From Azolla caroliniana (lineage: Eukaryota > Plantae > Polypodiophyta), in NCBI GenBank assembly GCA_043228905.1, contig JBHGNT010000012.1, positions 186,001 to 250,000 of the forward strand: DNA of 64,000 nucleotides. Reading direction: 5' to 3'. Shown one piece after another: positions 26,517 to 38,809 of this stretch. Both the position numbers and the translations under genes were made by a program. Below the pieces are notes generated by a model. That model was not told where the DNA came from, did not search any database, and saw only the letters and a program-made list of their open reading frames with translations. How positions within the stretch are numbered: the first letter of the stretch is position 1; the number at the start of each line of letters is the position of its first letter.

Positions 26517-26982
26517 TGTCATGCTCAACCATTTCGATATGAACATGCATTTGTATATAATGGTTTATTATTCTATAGTCTAGCATATAGTACATTTCAG
26601 AATCAGAATATTCTAATCGTTAGTATATTCTAGAAATATTGAACGGTATATTCTAGATGGATATATTCTACAGATATTTCTCGAGTATATTCTAGAGATA
26701 TTCAATCTCGGAACATGTATAAATACTTGTAACCTCCATGGTCCCTTTCAAGGTATTCAACACCAGTCATTGACACATCAATCTAGTATTCTTGTTCCAT
26801 TCCATCTTTTCTTCTTCATCTCTATCTTCATGCTATCCATAGCTTCCTAAATTCATAGTCTCATCACTTACAACTTCTTGAGTTATTAGCCTCATCACTT
26901 CCAGTTCCATGTTCGTAGCCTTATCAATTGTAGCCTCATCATTTGTGCTCCGTCATAGTCCATGGTTGGTGTGTTTGTGACA
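26517..26982 (+). mobile_element. Full-length LTR forming the right arm of the 25315-26982 insertion
   Basis: TGTCA...TGACA termini and tataaata at ~26718. No TSD of its own (caaca/tcgac). Confidence 0.65.
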
Positions 26983-29149
26983 TCGACCACGTCTTCCAGC
27001 CCTTGTCCAAGGATTCGACCACCATCCTCTGCATTCAGGCCTTGTGTGCTGATAAAATCAGGCACACTTTTTCTTCTCCCATGCTTACTTTGTACTGCAT
27101 GGTGGCCAATTCTTTGCGCATTTCGGCTAGTCGAGCTTCTGCCGATCCTTGGTCGAACATTAATTTTGCTTTGGCCACGAACAATGCCAATCGCTTCTAT
27201 TCATATTTAGCCAACTCCATATACTTCTTCGCTATTTCTTCTTTCTCCATTTCGAGCTTCGACTTGTGTTGCTCATACTGCATATGCGTTTCTGACTTCT
27301 CGAGCACTAGTTGAGCAATTTGGTCGGAATAATGCTACTCGTGCATTCGAATATACACCACCAGCTCTTCGAACTTTCCCATTTCTTCATTCTTCTCCTC
27401 TACCTGTCGTACCGAGCGTGCCAAAATATTGCGTTGACTTGCCGACCGCCAATTGTCGTAACCGACAGACACAATGGGTCGAACGTTCTATAACCGAACT
27501 GTTCTATCAAGATGATTGTAGTTGGAAAGATGGTGTTTGTCGACTATGATATTCCATCACTCAGAACCGTAATAAACAAATAAATTTACTGTAATCAGAG
27601 TACGAACTTGATTGACTATTACATATAATAAAATCTATATAATAGAGATTGAACTCAAACATACACCACACTAGTCGATATGGAAAATACACAGAGTAAT
27701 TATCTACACATCAACTAAATCTAACTACCAAAACTTATATTAATCAAAATAGTACGACGATATTAGAGTGCTCTCAGTCCCTTTTTATAGGTGATCCGAG
27801 AGTATCTCTTCCAAGATTACACTTGCCTTATTCAGCAAGAAATATAGCAAAATTGTCCTAATTAACTTACTATATTTTATACTTGCAAAATACATTATAT
27901 TAATTTCTCATCCTTTTCATATCTTGATCATGTCTTTGTCCTTTCGACTTTCCGACTCTTGTTGACATTGTCGATTCCGATTCTCTTTCACACTTGTCCG
28001 ACTCCGACCATTCAACTCTTGGATTCTTGGTAGCCGACCGGTTAACAGTGACACTTGTAAAGTGAGAATCCACAAGAAGGGTGTGGAAGATGAGAGACGG
28101 ACCACCGAGACATGAACTAATGAAGACGACTTTGATGTTGTTGTCAATGAAGGGTTAGGAGAATTGAACGGGTTGGTCAAAGTGTCGTTGCACTCTTGGC
28201 GTTTTTAAACCCTTCTTAGATATTGTGGGTGCACTTCTAAATATGCAAATCTAATGGATATGATACATGTTCCATGGGGGAAGAAAACTTTGTTTTTGCT
28301 AATTCATAGATATAAATAGACAAAATAATTCTTCTTATCTCGTATTTTTCCTTATTTGTTCATTTTCTTTTACTTTCTTCCATCCTTCTCTAGTAGAATT
28401 GATGGCATTGAAAATGCCTCGTTTATGCATTTGAGTTGAATATTTATAGAAATATTTGCTGCATTTTTTTGACTGACATCTAACATTTTAATCAATTTAT
28501 TTGACTATTTATCTTTATTTTTAACTTGAAAATTTTAACAAAATGAATGTTTTTTTTCATTATTCATGACTTTTTTGTTGTGAATAATAAGAATATTCTC
28601 GAAAGTGAATATTTTGAGAGTCTGAGTATCACACTTCGATACAATGCTCTGCCTTTGATCATATTTGACCATGCTTTCAACACATCTTCGACCAAGCCCA
28701 ATCCTTGCGCGGATTTCTCTCACAATCACAATGTGCATTCTCGGATTGCAACATTCATTGGTAAAGTTCTTTAACACCGAGAGTCATTATTCACTTTCAC
28801 ACATATCACGTGAAAATGTAATTTTTTTTGTCTCAGAGGTCATGTTTGACCTCCAAAGACGATAATATAATCTATCTCTCTCTCTCTATGCAATTGTCTG
28901 TCTTTCATCTTCATGAATCTTGTCACAATGCATAATTCTATCTTGTTTGCTACTTGTATTGTTTGCTAGAGTCATTAACAAGTCCTCAACCTTCTGCAAC
29001 ATCAACTTCCATATCCAACATGCGCGTTTTTGCAAAGTAGTGGACTAACTCTAAATGTGAATAAAACAAAAATGATGGTTGATGGTAGTGTGAACAATCC
29101 AACATCACTAATGCTCAATGCTTACATATACAGGAGAACATGTACAATT

Positions 29150-29900
29150 TTTACAAAGCTTTAAGCATCTTGGTATCAATGTTCCCGCCACAAATAATGG
29201 GGTATATGCCTTCAATCTAGGTTTCAAGCTAGTTGGAAAAGTTATAATATGTTGGAAAATTAACGCAACCAAAGTGATATTTATGGATGGGAAGTGAAAT
29301 TAATGTTATTTAATGTCATGGTAACACACGTCTTACTTTATGGGGTAGAAGTGTGGGAGACATTATCCCTCTCAATGCATGGAATAAGATTGAGAAGATT
29401 CAAAAAATACTTTTAAGGAGACGATTGGGTGTTAAATCCATCACCTTCTACTAGGTTATGCTCTTAGAAACATGAGTTCAACCTATTGAGATATTGGCAT
29501 CATAGAGTGTATTAAATACATTACAAAAGTCAAGAATATGCCAAACCATAGATTACCATATTTTGCTTGGAATTTTGGATGTAAGATACAAAAGAATCAC
29601 AAGCACAAAATTCTCTCCTTTGGTTAGGTAGTTGACATAAATGAACGGTTCAAAATATGAGGTGTGGAAGATCTCTTAGAACTTGTAAGTGATGCTATGA
29701 AAAATAAAGTTATTATGTAGAAATTAATGGAACCACTAAAGAAAAAGTCACAAGATGTTAAAAAAACAAATTAACAATGTTACACTATAAACATCAACCC
29801 TAAATGTTGGGTTCAATATAACACAAGAAGGCCTATCGACTATATTCAACCTTACCCATTATTGGCATGAGCATTAATTCTCATAAAGCCTTGACACTCC
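29150..29900 (+). mobile_element. Non-L1 LINE remnant related to 8480-9815
   Basis: VLLYGVEVW motif at ~29330. 29880-29900 (cataaagccttgacactcctt) resembles ~9415-9435. Confidence 0.6.
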
Positions 29901-30351
29901 TTCAGCCTAAACAAGCTATGTATATATGGAGACAAACCCTATTGCAAACCGGAAATGTGGAAGATAATGTGGCCTTGGCAATATTACATATTAGTAGTTT
30001 CCTAATCTCTTGGGCACAAGCGGAAAGGGAAAGGTATACACAAAAAATTATCAGTATGCACCATGCCTTGACATCACCGCAACATTTTCAAGAAAGGGAT
30101 TCATTGTGTGAATGGATGGCAAATGCTTTACATAATGAAGAATGGGAATTACAAAATATTGAGGACAACATTTTACCATTTCAATCTCAAGCTTCTGTTT
30201 CAAAATGGACACAAGTAGGTGACCGAGTAAACAAAATGTTTTTTTCCAAGTTGCACTGAAATGGTCGGCACTAGGGATTAAACAGTTAAGGAGAGAAGAT
30301 GGCTCCTTAACAGAAGATGAGTCAAAATTTGTACAAATTGCTACTACTTAT

Positions 30352-30888
30352 TGATGTAAAGGGGATCCGCCACAACTGATTCTCACTCACAAGTAAAGTG
30401 AAAGAACAAAAAATGAATACACAAAACGAGAAAGCACAGAGACACAATATGTTTACGTGGAAAACCCGAAAAGGGAAAAACCACTTGGAGTCCACAAACT
30501 CCGAACAGAACCACTATGATGGGAGGAATACAACAAGAAGCTTCAAGGCAACGACCTTGAGCTCTTCTTCGTCATAGATGGCTATGGAGTTACTCACACA
30601 CTCGGCCACTCTAGTTATAGAGACAACTACTCACTGTAATTGTATCTTTTACAATAATGATAATTCTACAAATAACCACTTGCCCTATGTATATTTATAC
30701 TCATATATACTACATGAGCTATTTTCAAATATAGCTCACTAAGGGCACATATTGAGGCTATTTACAATTATAGCCCCGAGTCGGCTTCGACCGATTCAAA
30801 TCAATTAATCAATTTTTTGGCCTCGGTTGAGTTAACCATTGACCGATTCGGCTCTTCTTCCCATCCTGAGGGACTAGTTTTCCCAACA
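30352..30888 (-). mobile_element. Solo LTR (537 bp), copia family related to the 3665 LTR
   Basis: TG...CA termini and perfect TSD CTTAT. Minus strand starts TGTTGGGAAAACTAGTCCCTCAGGATGGGA versus TGTTGGGAAATCGGTCCCTCCGGATGGGA at 3665. Confidence 0.92.
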
Positions 30889-31116
30889 CTTATTACACTA
30901 AATTGTTGTCCGTTGGAGTTGTTACCGATTTTGTTCAGACAAGTAGGAAACGCGTGTAGGACAAAATTAAGCCTAAAGTCACAAACAAAATGAAGGTTGT
31001 ATTACTTAAGCCATTTGAAATTATGGAAATACATACTGCACTTAGAGCTTTGAGTCTTATGTCTTGTCCAGGGGAGGATGGAATTATTGCACATGTTTTC
31101 CTCAAATATTGGGAAT

Positions 31117-34100
31117 TGTAAAGAATCAAGAGATGGATTCTTGTGAAGCGGAAGAGATGTGAGTTATGTGTGTGTGTAAGAGAGAGAGAGAGACACACAC
31201 ACAGAGAATACGCAAGGTAAAAGTATATTGACAAAGGAGAAAGACTCAACATAATACAAGGTGGGAGGAGGGTGCTTTATGTAGTCACCCTCTCTCTTCA
31301 TTAACTACAAGACTCATGGAGCATGGGGAATGTGAAAGCTCATAAGTTATGTGTCATAGAATATGATTCTATGACTCATACTAAATGCTAGAATACAAAG
31401 TGGTGACATAATGGTGTCTCTTGACCGTTGGAGTGTCTCTTCACTCTCAAGGTGAGTTCACACACTAGACCAAGTTGAGCTTGATTCTCAATACGCCCCC
31501 TCAAGCTCAAGTTGGGTCGGTTTCAGACGGTATCCGAAATCCACTCCAACTCGCGTTCTAGAGTCCGCATCGACTTGTGTCGACTTGCATTTATGCAGAG
31601 TTGTGGAATCCGTGCTCCAGCTTGCGTTGTGCGTGGTTACGAAGTCTATGCTTCGGCTTGCATCTTTCTTCGCGGCTTTGTTGCGTGGTTGCGAAATCCA
31701 CGCATTATTGTGTAGTGCGCGGTTGTGGAATATACGCATTATTGCGTAGTGTCTTCAGTACTCCCCCTCAAGCGTGGCAGGTCAGGGATCGTCAATCCGA
31801 GATCGGTCATGAATTGCCATAGCTTGTCGGCTCCTAAGGCTTTCGTGAAGATATCGGCCGTTTGAAGATTGGTGCTAATGTGTTGTAGGTTGACATCGCC
31901 ATCCAGAACACGCTCTCGGATGAAGTGATAGTGTACTTCGATGTGCTTTGTTCGCGCGTGGAACACTAGGTTCCGAGCCAGATAGATAGTGCTCATGTTG
32001 TCGCAGTAAAGGGAAGTCGGATCCTTGATGGGTACGCCCAGATCCTTCGAAATCCTCTTGAGCCATACGGCTTCACACGCAGCTACGGTTGCACCCCTGT
32101 ATTCCGCCTCTGTACTCGAAAGAGCGACGGTAGGCTGCTTCTTGCTACTCCAGGATATTGCTCCGCTACCGAGGGAGAAAACAAATCCGAAGGTTGATCT
32201 TCTACTAGCTTTGTAGCCGGCCCAATCGGTGTCTGTGTATCCCTCGAGTCGTATTGGCATCGCGGTCTTGTAGAGGATGCCGCAATCCATTGTGCCACTC
32301 ACGTAGCGTAGAACTCGCTTAGCGTAATCCAAGTGAGTATCACGCGGTGTTTGCATGAATTGGCTAAGGAGACCGACCGGATAACTAAGATCGGGTCGTG
32401 TGATCGTGAGGTAGATGAGACTCCCGATGAGTTGCCGATACTGAGTCGGCTCACACGCTTTGGTGCTGGAGTTCGCATCTAGTTTGAGATTGCGATCGAG
32501 CGGGGTTGCCACGGATTTGCACTCAACCATCCCGAACTTGTATAACAAGTTGAGGATGTAGTGCCGTTGAGAGATCATGATTCCAGCCGGAGTCCGAATT
32601 ACCTCGATGCCGAGGAAGTAGTGGAGCTCCTTCATGTCCGTCATCTCGAACTTGTCGGAAAGGAGGGCTTTGACCTTATTGATTTTGACGAGATGCTCAC
32701 CTCCAATGACTAGGTCATCCACATATAAAATGATGACGATCGGACTTGCGGAATCGCTTCGTATGTAGAGGGAGTTGTCCGATTTTGACATACGGAAGCC
32801 GATTTGATGAAGATATTGCGTTATCTTCGAATGCCAAGCACGCGGTGCTTGCTTGAGGCCGTAGAGTGGCTTCTTGAGTCGGCATACGGCTTTTGGATGA
32901 GTGCTTGAGTTGAACCCGGGTGGTTGGGTCATGTACACCTCCTCTTCTAATTTGCCTTGTAGAAAGGCATTCTTGACATCCATTTGATGGAGGTGCCACC
33001 CTTTCGCCGCGGCAATCACAATTACGGTCCACACTGTCGTCATCTTTGCCACCGGGGCAAAGGTCTCTTCGTAGTAGACGCCATGCGTCTGAGCTTATCC
33101 TTTTGCTACGAGTCGAGCTTTGTAGCGGTTTACGGAGCCATTGGCGTTATACTTCACCTTGTAGATCCATCTGCATCCGATCGCCTTTTTGTGTGGTGAG
33201 ATGGGAACGAGATCCCACGTCTCGTTCTTGCGTAATGCCTGCATCTCCTTGTTCATGGCTTTGATCCATCGCGGATCCTTGGCTGCTTCGGAGAATGTTT
33301 CCGGCTTGCGTACTGTCGCCACCTTCATCATAAAGGCATAGTGATATGCCATGTAGTCGTTGTAGCCGAATCGGCTGACCGGATTCTTTTCACGGGTGGA
33401 GTGATGGAGCTTTTCATTTGCAGAGATGAGGGCTTTCTTAGCTCTGATTGGAATATCGAAGCGACTGAACTCACTGTCAAGTGAGTGAGTCGACTCATCG
33501 TCATCGAAGCGATCGTCTTTGTATTCCGCCATTTTCGCCTTGTCTTTGTCCATCTTCGGGCTAGGCCGTGATTTGCTTTGATCGCTCAACGGCTCTTGTG
33601 GTCCGCTCAGTCGGGTTGTGATCGGACTTTCTTCGATCATGCACATAGGGCGATCTTCATCCTCGATCTCTTGGTCGGCAGATTCCGGGTCGAACGGAGT
33701 CGGAGTCGGAGTTGTCTCTGGTGCGTACCAGGATGCGGACTCGTCAAAAATGACATCTCGACTTACTCGAGATTTTCGGGTTGAAGGGTTGTAGCACTTG
33801 TACTCCTTTTGCTCCAATGAGTATCCTACGAGGATACATTTCTCCGACTTCGGGTCAAGTTTTTGACGCTTCTCGTTGGGGATGTGCACGTACGCTATCG
33901 CGCCGAATATCCGGATGTGCGATAAGTCCGGCTTCTTTCCGAAGTATTTTTCGTGCAGAGTGACCTCGTGCACGCCAGACGTTGTGCATCGGTTCATTAG
34001 ATAGACGGCCGTATTTGCAGCTTCAGCCCAATATGACTTGGGCATATGCTTCTCGTTCATCATGGCCCGCGCTACTTCGAGAATGTGCCGATTTTTGCGC

Positions 34101-36596
34101 TCGGCTACTCCGTTTTGTTGCAGAGTGTGTCGGCAAGTGAATTCTCGCCGAATTCCTTCCTTTCGGAGATACGCCGTGAAATCATCCGAGAAGTACTCCT
34201 TGCCGCCATCCGATCGAAGACAACATACATGTCAGCCCGTGGCTTTCTCGACTTCATTCTTGAATGTTTGGAAGTGTCTGAATACTTCGCTCTTTTGCCG
34301 CATCGGATAGATCCAAGTGTGCCTAGAGAAGTCCTCGATGAAGAGCACGTAATATCGGCATCCGCCGAATGTTGCCGTTTGAGCCGGACCCCATACATCG
34401 AAATGAATTACGTCGAGTACGCCTTTGCTCACATTCCGCTCCTTCGGAAATGGGTGTCGGTGTTGCTTGCCGAATTGGCACGCTTCGCATACACCTTCAA
34501 TCTCCTTCTCTTTGAATGTCGGGAGTCCGATGACGACTCTTTTCGATTTCATTGCTTTGAGTTTGTTGAGATTGATGTGGCCGATTCGCTTATGCCATAG
34601 CTCTATGTCGGATTCGGCTTTCGTGCTTTTCGCGAACATGACGGATTTCATCTCGTGCGAATCGAGAATGAACATCCGGCCCTCTCTTCTTCCGCGTGCG
34701 ATGATTCAGCCTTCTTTTTCGATGAAGCACCCTTCTTGGTTGAATCATACTTGCATCCCTTGCTCAACCATTTGGCCGACCGAGACCAAATTCTTCGTGA
34801 TGGTGGGAACATGCAAAACATTTTTAATGTATGTTTGCTTACCTCTTTCGCCGAACGGAACATTGCCGATGTGCCGAATCGGGTGCGTAGTGTCATCTCC
34901 GGTTTCAACATAACCGGGTCGCTCTGGCTCTCGAAGTTCGAGAAACCATTCTTTGTGGGATGTCATATGGTTTGAGGCTCCGGAGTCAACAAACCATACG
35001 TCCTCCGGATTGAGGGCACTAGTTGAGGTAGAGCCCGACATAGAGTTTGCTCTATGTTTCATCATGAACATTCCGCCACGGTCGGAGTTGTATGCGTACA
35101 TTCCGCCACGATCCTCGTAGTCGGAGTTGTGCCCGTACATTCCGCTATACTCTTCGTAGTCGGAATTGTGCGCATAATTCGTGAGTTGTCGGCTTGTGGA
35201 AGCCGATTCACGCATCTTCTTTCGGCACTCTTCTTCGTGGTGGCCAAGCTTTCCGCAATATCCACATTCGGTTGCGTTTTGACGGCTCGGGCCAGAGTGG
35301 AAGCTCCCCCTTCTTGCAAAGGTTCCTCGTTGGCCTCCGTTTTGCGGCCGAAATTGGGAGTTGTTGTTGTAGGTCGGACCTCGTCCGCCTTGTCCTTGGC
35401 CGAATCGGCCTCTCGCTCGTCCGCGTCCTCTTCCTCCATTAGAGTGCGTGTAGAGCATGTGGCCTTCCAACTCATTGCTCCTTGTACGCACGTGGTTTTC
35501 TTCTACCAATAGCATTGATTGGAGCTCGAAGAAGGAGGGAGATTTCTCCCGTGTTAGCACGGCAGTTCGCATCGCGCCGAACCGTGGTGCGAGGCCACCG
35601 TGGCATATTTGCACCATCTCATCATCATCTATACTTACGCTTATTGAGTCGGGCGAGTCGCAAAGCTCCTTGATCTTCAAGGTGTATGTCGTGATGGACA
35701 TGTCCCTTTGTTGAATGTTGTTCAACTCTTGACGGAGTTGAAGCTTTCTCGCGATCGTGTTGGTGGCGAAAATCTTTCGTAGATTTTCCCACGCTTTCTT
35801 CGGCGTCTTGGCTTCTCGAATGTAACCGAGCATGTGGTCATGAACACATGTCGCCAAACAATACATCATGCGGCTTGCGGCTTGCTCCCATGTCACGTAT
35901 CCGGGAGCCGCTTCGGCAGGTCGGTCTTCATGCGCTCCTTTGATGTAGCTCCAATAGCCTTGTCCGACAAGGTATTGATGCACCTTGTACTCCCAAGATG
36001 CGAAGTTGTTTCGATCCAACTTCTCGGTAGGGAGAGCGCTCCCCATTTGAGTATTCATTATGTCGATTCTTCTTCTTCTTCTTCTCTCTTCGAATGTGAG
36101 CTATGTAGGGAAGCTACGATAGCAATGAGTCGGTTCTTGGTCGTCGGCGTGGAGCACAACACACGATCACGATGAGGCGAATGGGCTAGATCGAGCTACC
36201 AAATCGCTCTGATACCATCTAAAGAATCAAGAGATGGATTCTTGTGAAGCGGAAGAGATGTGAGTTATGTGTGTGTGTAAGAGAGAGAGAGACACACACA
36301 CACAGAGAGAATACGCAAGGTAAAAGTATATTGACAAAGGAGAAAGACTCAACATAATACAAGGTGGGAGGAGGGTGCTTTATGTAGTCACCCTCTCTCT
36401 TCATTAACTACAAGACTCATGGAGAATGGGGAATGTGAAAGCTCATAAGTTATGTGTCATAGAATATGATTTTATGACTCATACTAAATGCTAGAATAAA
36501 AAGTGGTGACATAATGGTGACTCTTGACCGTTGGAGTGTCTCTTCACTCTCAAGGCGAGTTCACACACTAGACCAAGTTGAGCTTGATTCTCAACA
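31117..36596 (-). mobile_element. Near-intact Ty1/copia retrotransposon
   Basis: LTRs 36218-36596 and 31117-31493 differ by about 7 substitutions plus a dinucleotide indel. tRNA-iMet PBS 36206-36217, PPT 31494-31507, TSD GGAAT/AGAAT. Confidence 0.97.
31739..36058 (-). pseudogene. Copia gag-pol polyprotein (single frame, ~1439 codons, four premature stops)
   Basis: ORFs 36058, 34675, 34063 and 33052 share one frame. CCHC knuckle, WFVDSGAS protease, HHCC/DDE integrase, YVDD RT and RNase H are present. Stops at ~34745, ~34706, ~34232 (TGA) and ~33095 (TAA). Confidence 0.95.
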
Positions 36597-37234
36597 AGAA
36601 TATATTGGCGTAGACTTAAGGAAAGCTTATCAAATAATTTTTGATATTGGGTCTATGCCTCATAGAATGGCAGTTGGCTTGATTTATTTAATACCTAAGA
36701 GTGAAGGTATATTAGATGATATTAGAAAATGGAGGTCAATAACTTGTTAAATACTGTTGAGAATCAAACTCAACTTCCCTAGTGTGGGAGCACACCCTTG
36801 GAAAATACCCAAGCATGTGAACATCCCACCTCCTTGTACAATAAACGAAGTGTCATGGAAGTTAAGTCTTATGACACGTATTTAGTAGGTAGTTAAGTCT
36901 CCACCTCCTTTTCAAGTGGTGGTTGTAGTGAGAGAACATAGAGAGAAGGTGATTATATAAGCACCTTTTCCTCCTCTTTGTAACTGTTGGTTCATTCTTG
37001 TTCACGTTAATACAATTTTATTGTTTTCTGTATACATTGTATTCTCTCTCTCTCTTTCTCTCACACACGAATCACTCACGATTCTTTACATGGTAATAGA
37101 GCGCATGGTAGCTTGATCCAAGCCCATCTGTGTGTGTTGTGGCGAAGCCCACATTCACAAAGAACCGGTCGATCGTTGTAGCAACAACTTGCACAATTCG
37201 TATCACAGAGGAGAAGAAGACTCAACATGAATAT

Positions 37235-37688
37235 TGTTACGAGCATGACCATATAATATCCCATGGTAAGTTTTACCATAGTGTTCTATACATGTGGATA
37301 AAGTGTGAGGGTTAAACGAGAGTGTATTTAAGAAGGGAAGGATTACTTTTAATACTTCGGATTGGGACAACCCATTAGGCCAAGTGTGAACTTGCCTGGG
37401 GGCCTTAGGTCTGGTTATAAATATGAGGTCTAGCTACCCTCATTTGATACCTTATCGACTACGTCGAGACACCGTCCTTGTGGTGGTCAACTCTTGTAGC
37501 AAGCACCCGTACCAGGTACAACTCGAGGCCACAACGGTGGTATGGGATGTCGATTGAGGCTCGAGTCCATCTCGATCCCTTTGCTCGAGGGTAGTCGGGT
37601 GGATCAACACCCTTCTTTCTCTCTCCACTCTTATTTTTCTATCTATATTATCCTTATCGTATGCTTACATTAGTAGCTAGCTCTAACA
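37235..37688 (+). mobile_element. Solo LTR (454 bp) inserted just after the gag start codon
   Basis: TGTTAC...CTAACA termini, TSD AATAT/AATAC and tataaata at ~37416. Flanks rejoin to ATGAATACT as in the sister element. Confidence 0.88.
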
Positions 37689-38809
37689 AATACTGAAATA
37701 TGAAGCGCTCTTCCTATCGAGAAACTCGACAGAAACAATTTTGCATCTTGGGAGTACAAGATGCACCAATACCTTGTCTCCAAGGATATTGGGGTTATGT
37801 CGAGGGAGCACAAGAAAATCAACCTAACTTGGCACATGTCGACCACCCAGCTTGGGAGCAGGCAGCGAGTCGCATGTTGTATTGCCTTGCATCATGCATT
37901 CATGATCGCATGCTCGGCTACATTCGAGATGCCAAAACACCAAAAGAGGCGTGGGGGAACCTCAAAAAGATATTCGCAGCCAACACAACTACCCGAAAGC
38001 TTCAACTTCATCAAGAGTTAAATAGCATACAATAGAGGGATATATCAATTGACAACTACACCTTGAAGATCAAGGAGTTGTGTGACTCCCTCGGGTCGAT
38101 CAATGTCAACATTGATGACAATAAAATGGTGCAGATATGCCTCAGTGGCTTAGCACCTCGGTTCGGCGCAATAAGATCGATCGTCCTTGCTAGGGAAAAT
38201 CCTCCCTCCCCATCAAAAGGCAATCGGATGTCTATGGATATTTAAGGTGAAGCACAATGCCAACGGCACCGTCAATCGGTATAAGGCCCGGCTTGTGGCG
38301 AAAGGGTATGTGCAGACACACGAGATCGATTACGACGAGACCTTTGCCCTAGTGGCAAAGATGACTACCATACAAACTGTGATCATGCTTGCAATAGCCA
38401 AAGGTTGGCACCTCCACCAAACGGATGTAAAGAACGCATTTCTTCGAGGCGAGTTATACAACCACCCGAATTCAAGTTGAGTACGCATTCGACTGTTGTC
38501 TGCCGACTCAAAAAGCCTCTCTACGGTCTCAAGCAAGCACGGAGAGCATGGCATTCGAAGATAACCCAAATCTTTACCAAATCGGCTTCCAAATGTCCAA
38601 GTCCGACAATTCTCTGTTCATTTGGAGCGACTCTAGAGGGCAGGTATTTATCATAATATATGTGGATGACTTAGTCATTAGAGGAGCGCAATTAGCAGAT
38701 ATCGAACATATCAAAAAGTTACTCTCCGACCGATTCGAAATGAAAGACATGAAGAAGCTACATTACTTTCTGGGTATAGAAGTAATATGGACTCTTGACG
38801 GTGTCGTAA

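Larger units (their letters stand above)
25315..26982. mobile_element. Nested insertion bounded by ~240-bp inverted LTR 3-prime ends
   Basis: 25315-~25555 is an inverted homologue of ~26750-26982. Termini TGTTAC...GTGACA; flanks CCAAC/TCGAC. Removing it plus one flank restores the host frame (KGWKTWS-ALAAELQ). Confidence 0.8.
24132..28047 (-). mobile_element. Non-autonomous LTR element (LTRs 24132-24759 and ~27432-28047) with a decayed internal coiled-coil ORF
   Basis: ~620-bp diverged direct repeats with outer termini TGTTAACC...GGTTAACA and a minus-strand TATA in each LTR. PBS-like motifs at 24762-24778 (+) and 27406-27423 (-). No recognisable gag/pol motifs; TSD not convincing (gttga/gtgac). 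Confidence 0.85.

Noticed and set aside
31488-36175. Numerous plus-strand and off-frame ORFs overlapping the copia element
   Set aside because: They are shadow ORFs of GC-rich gag-pol with no independent motifs.
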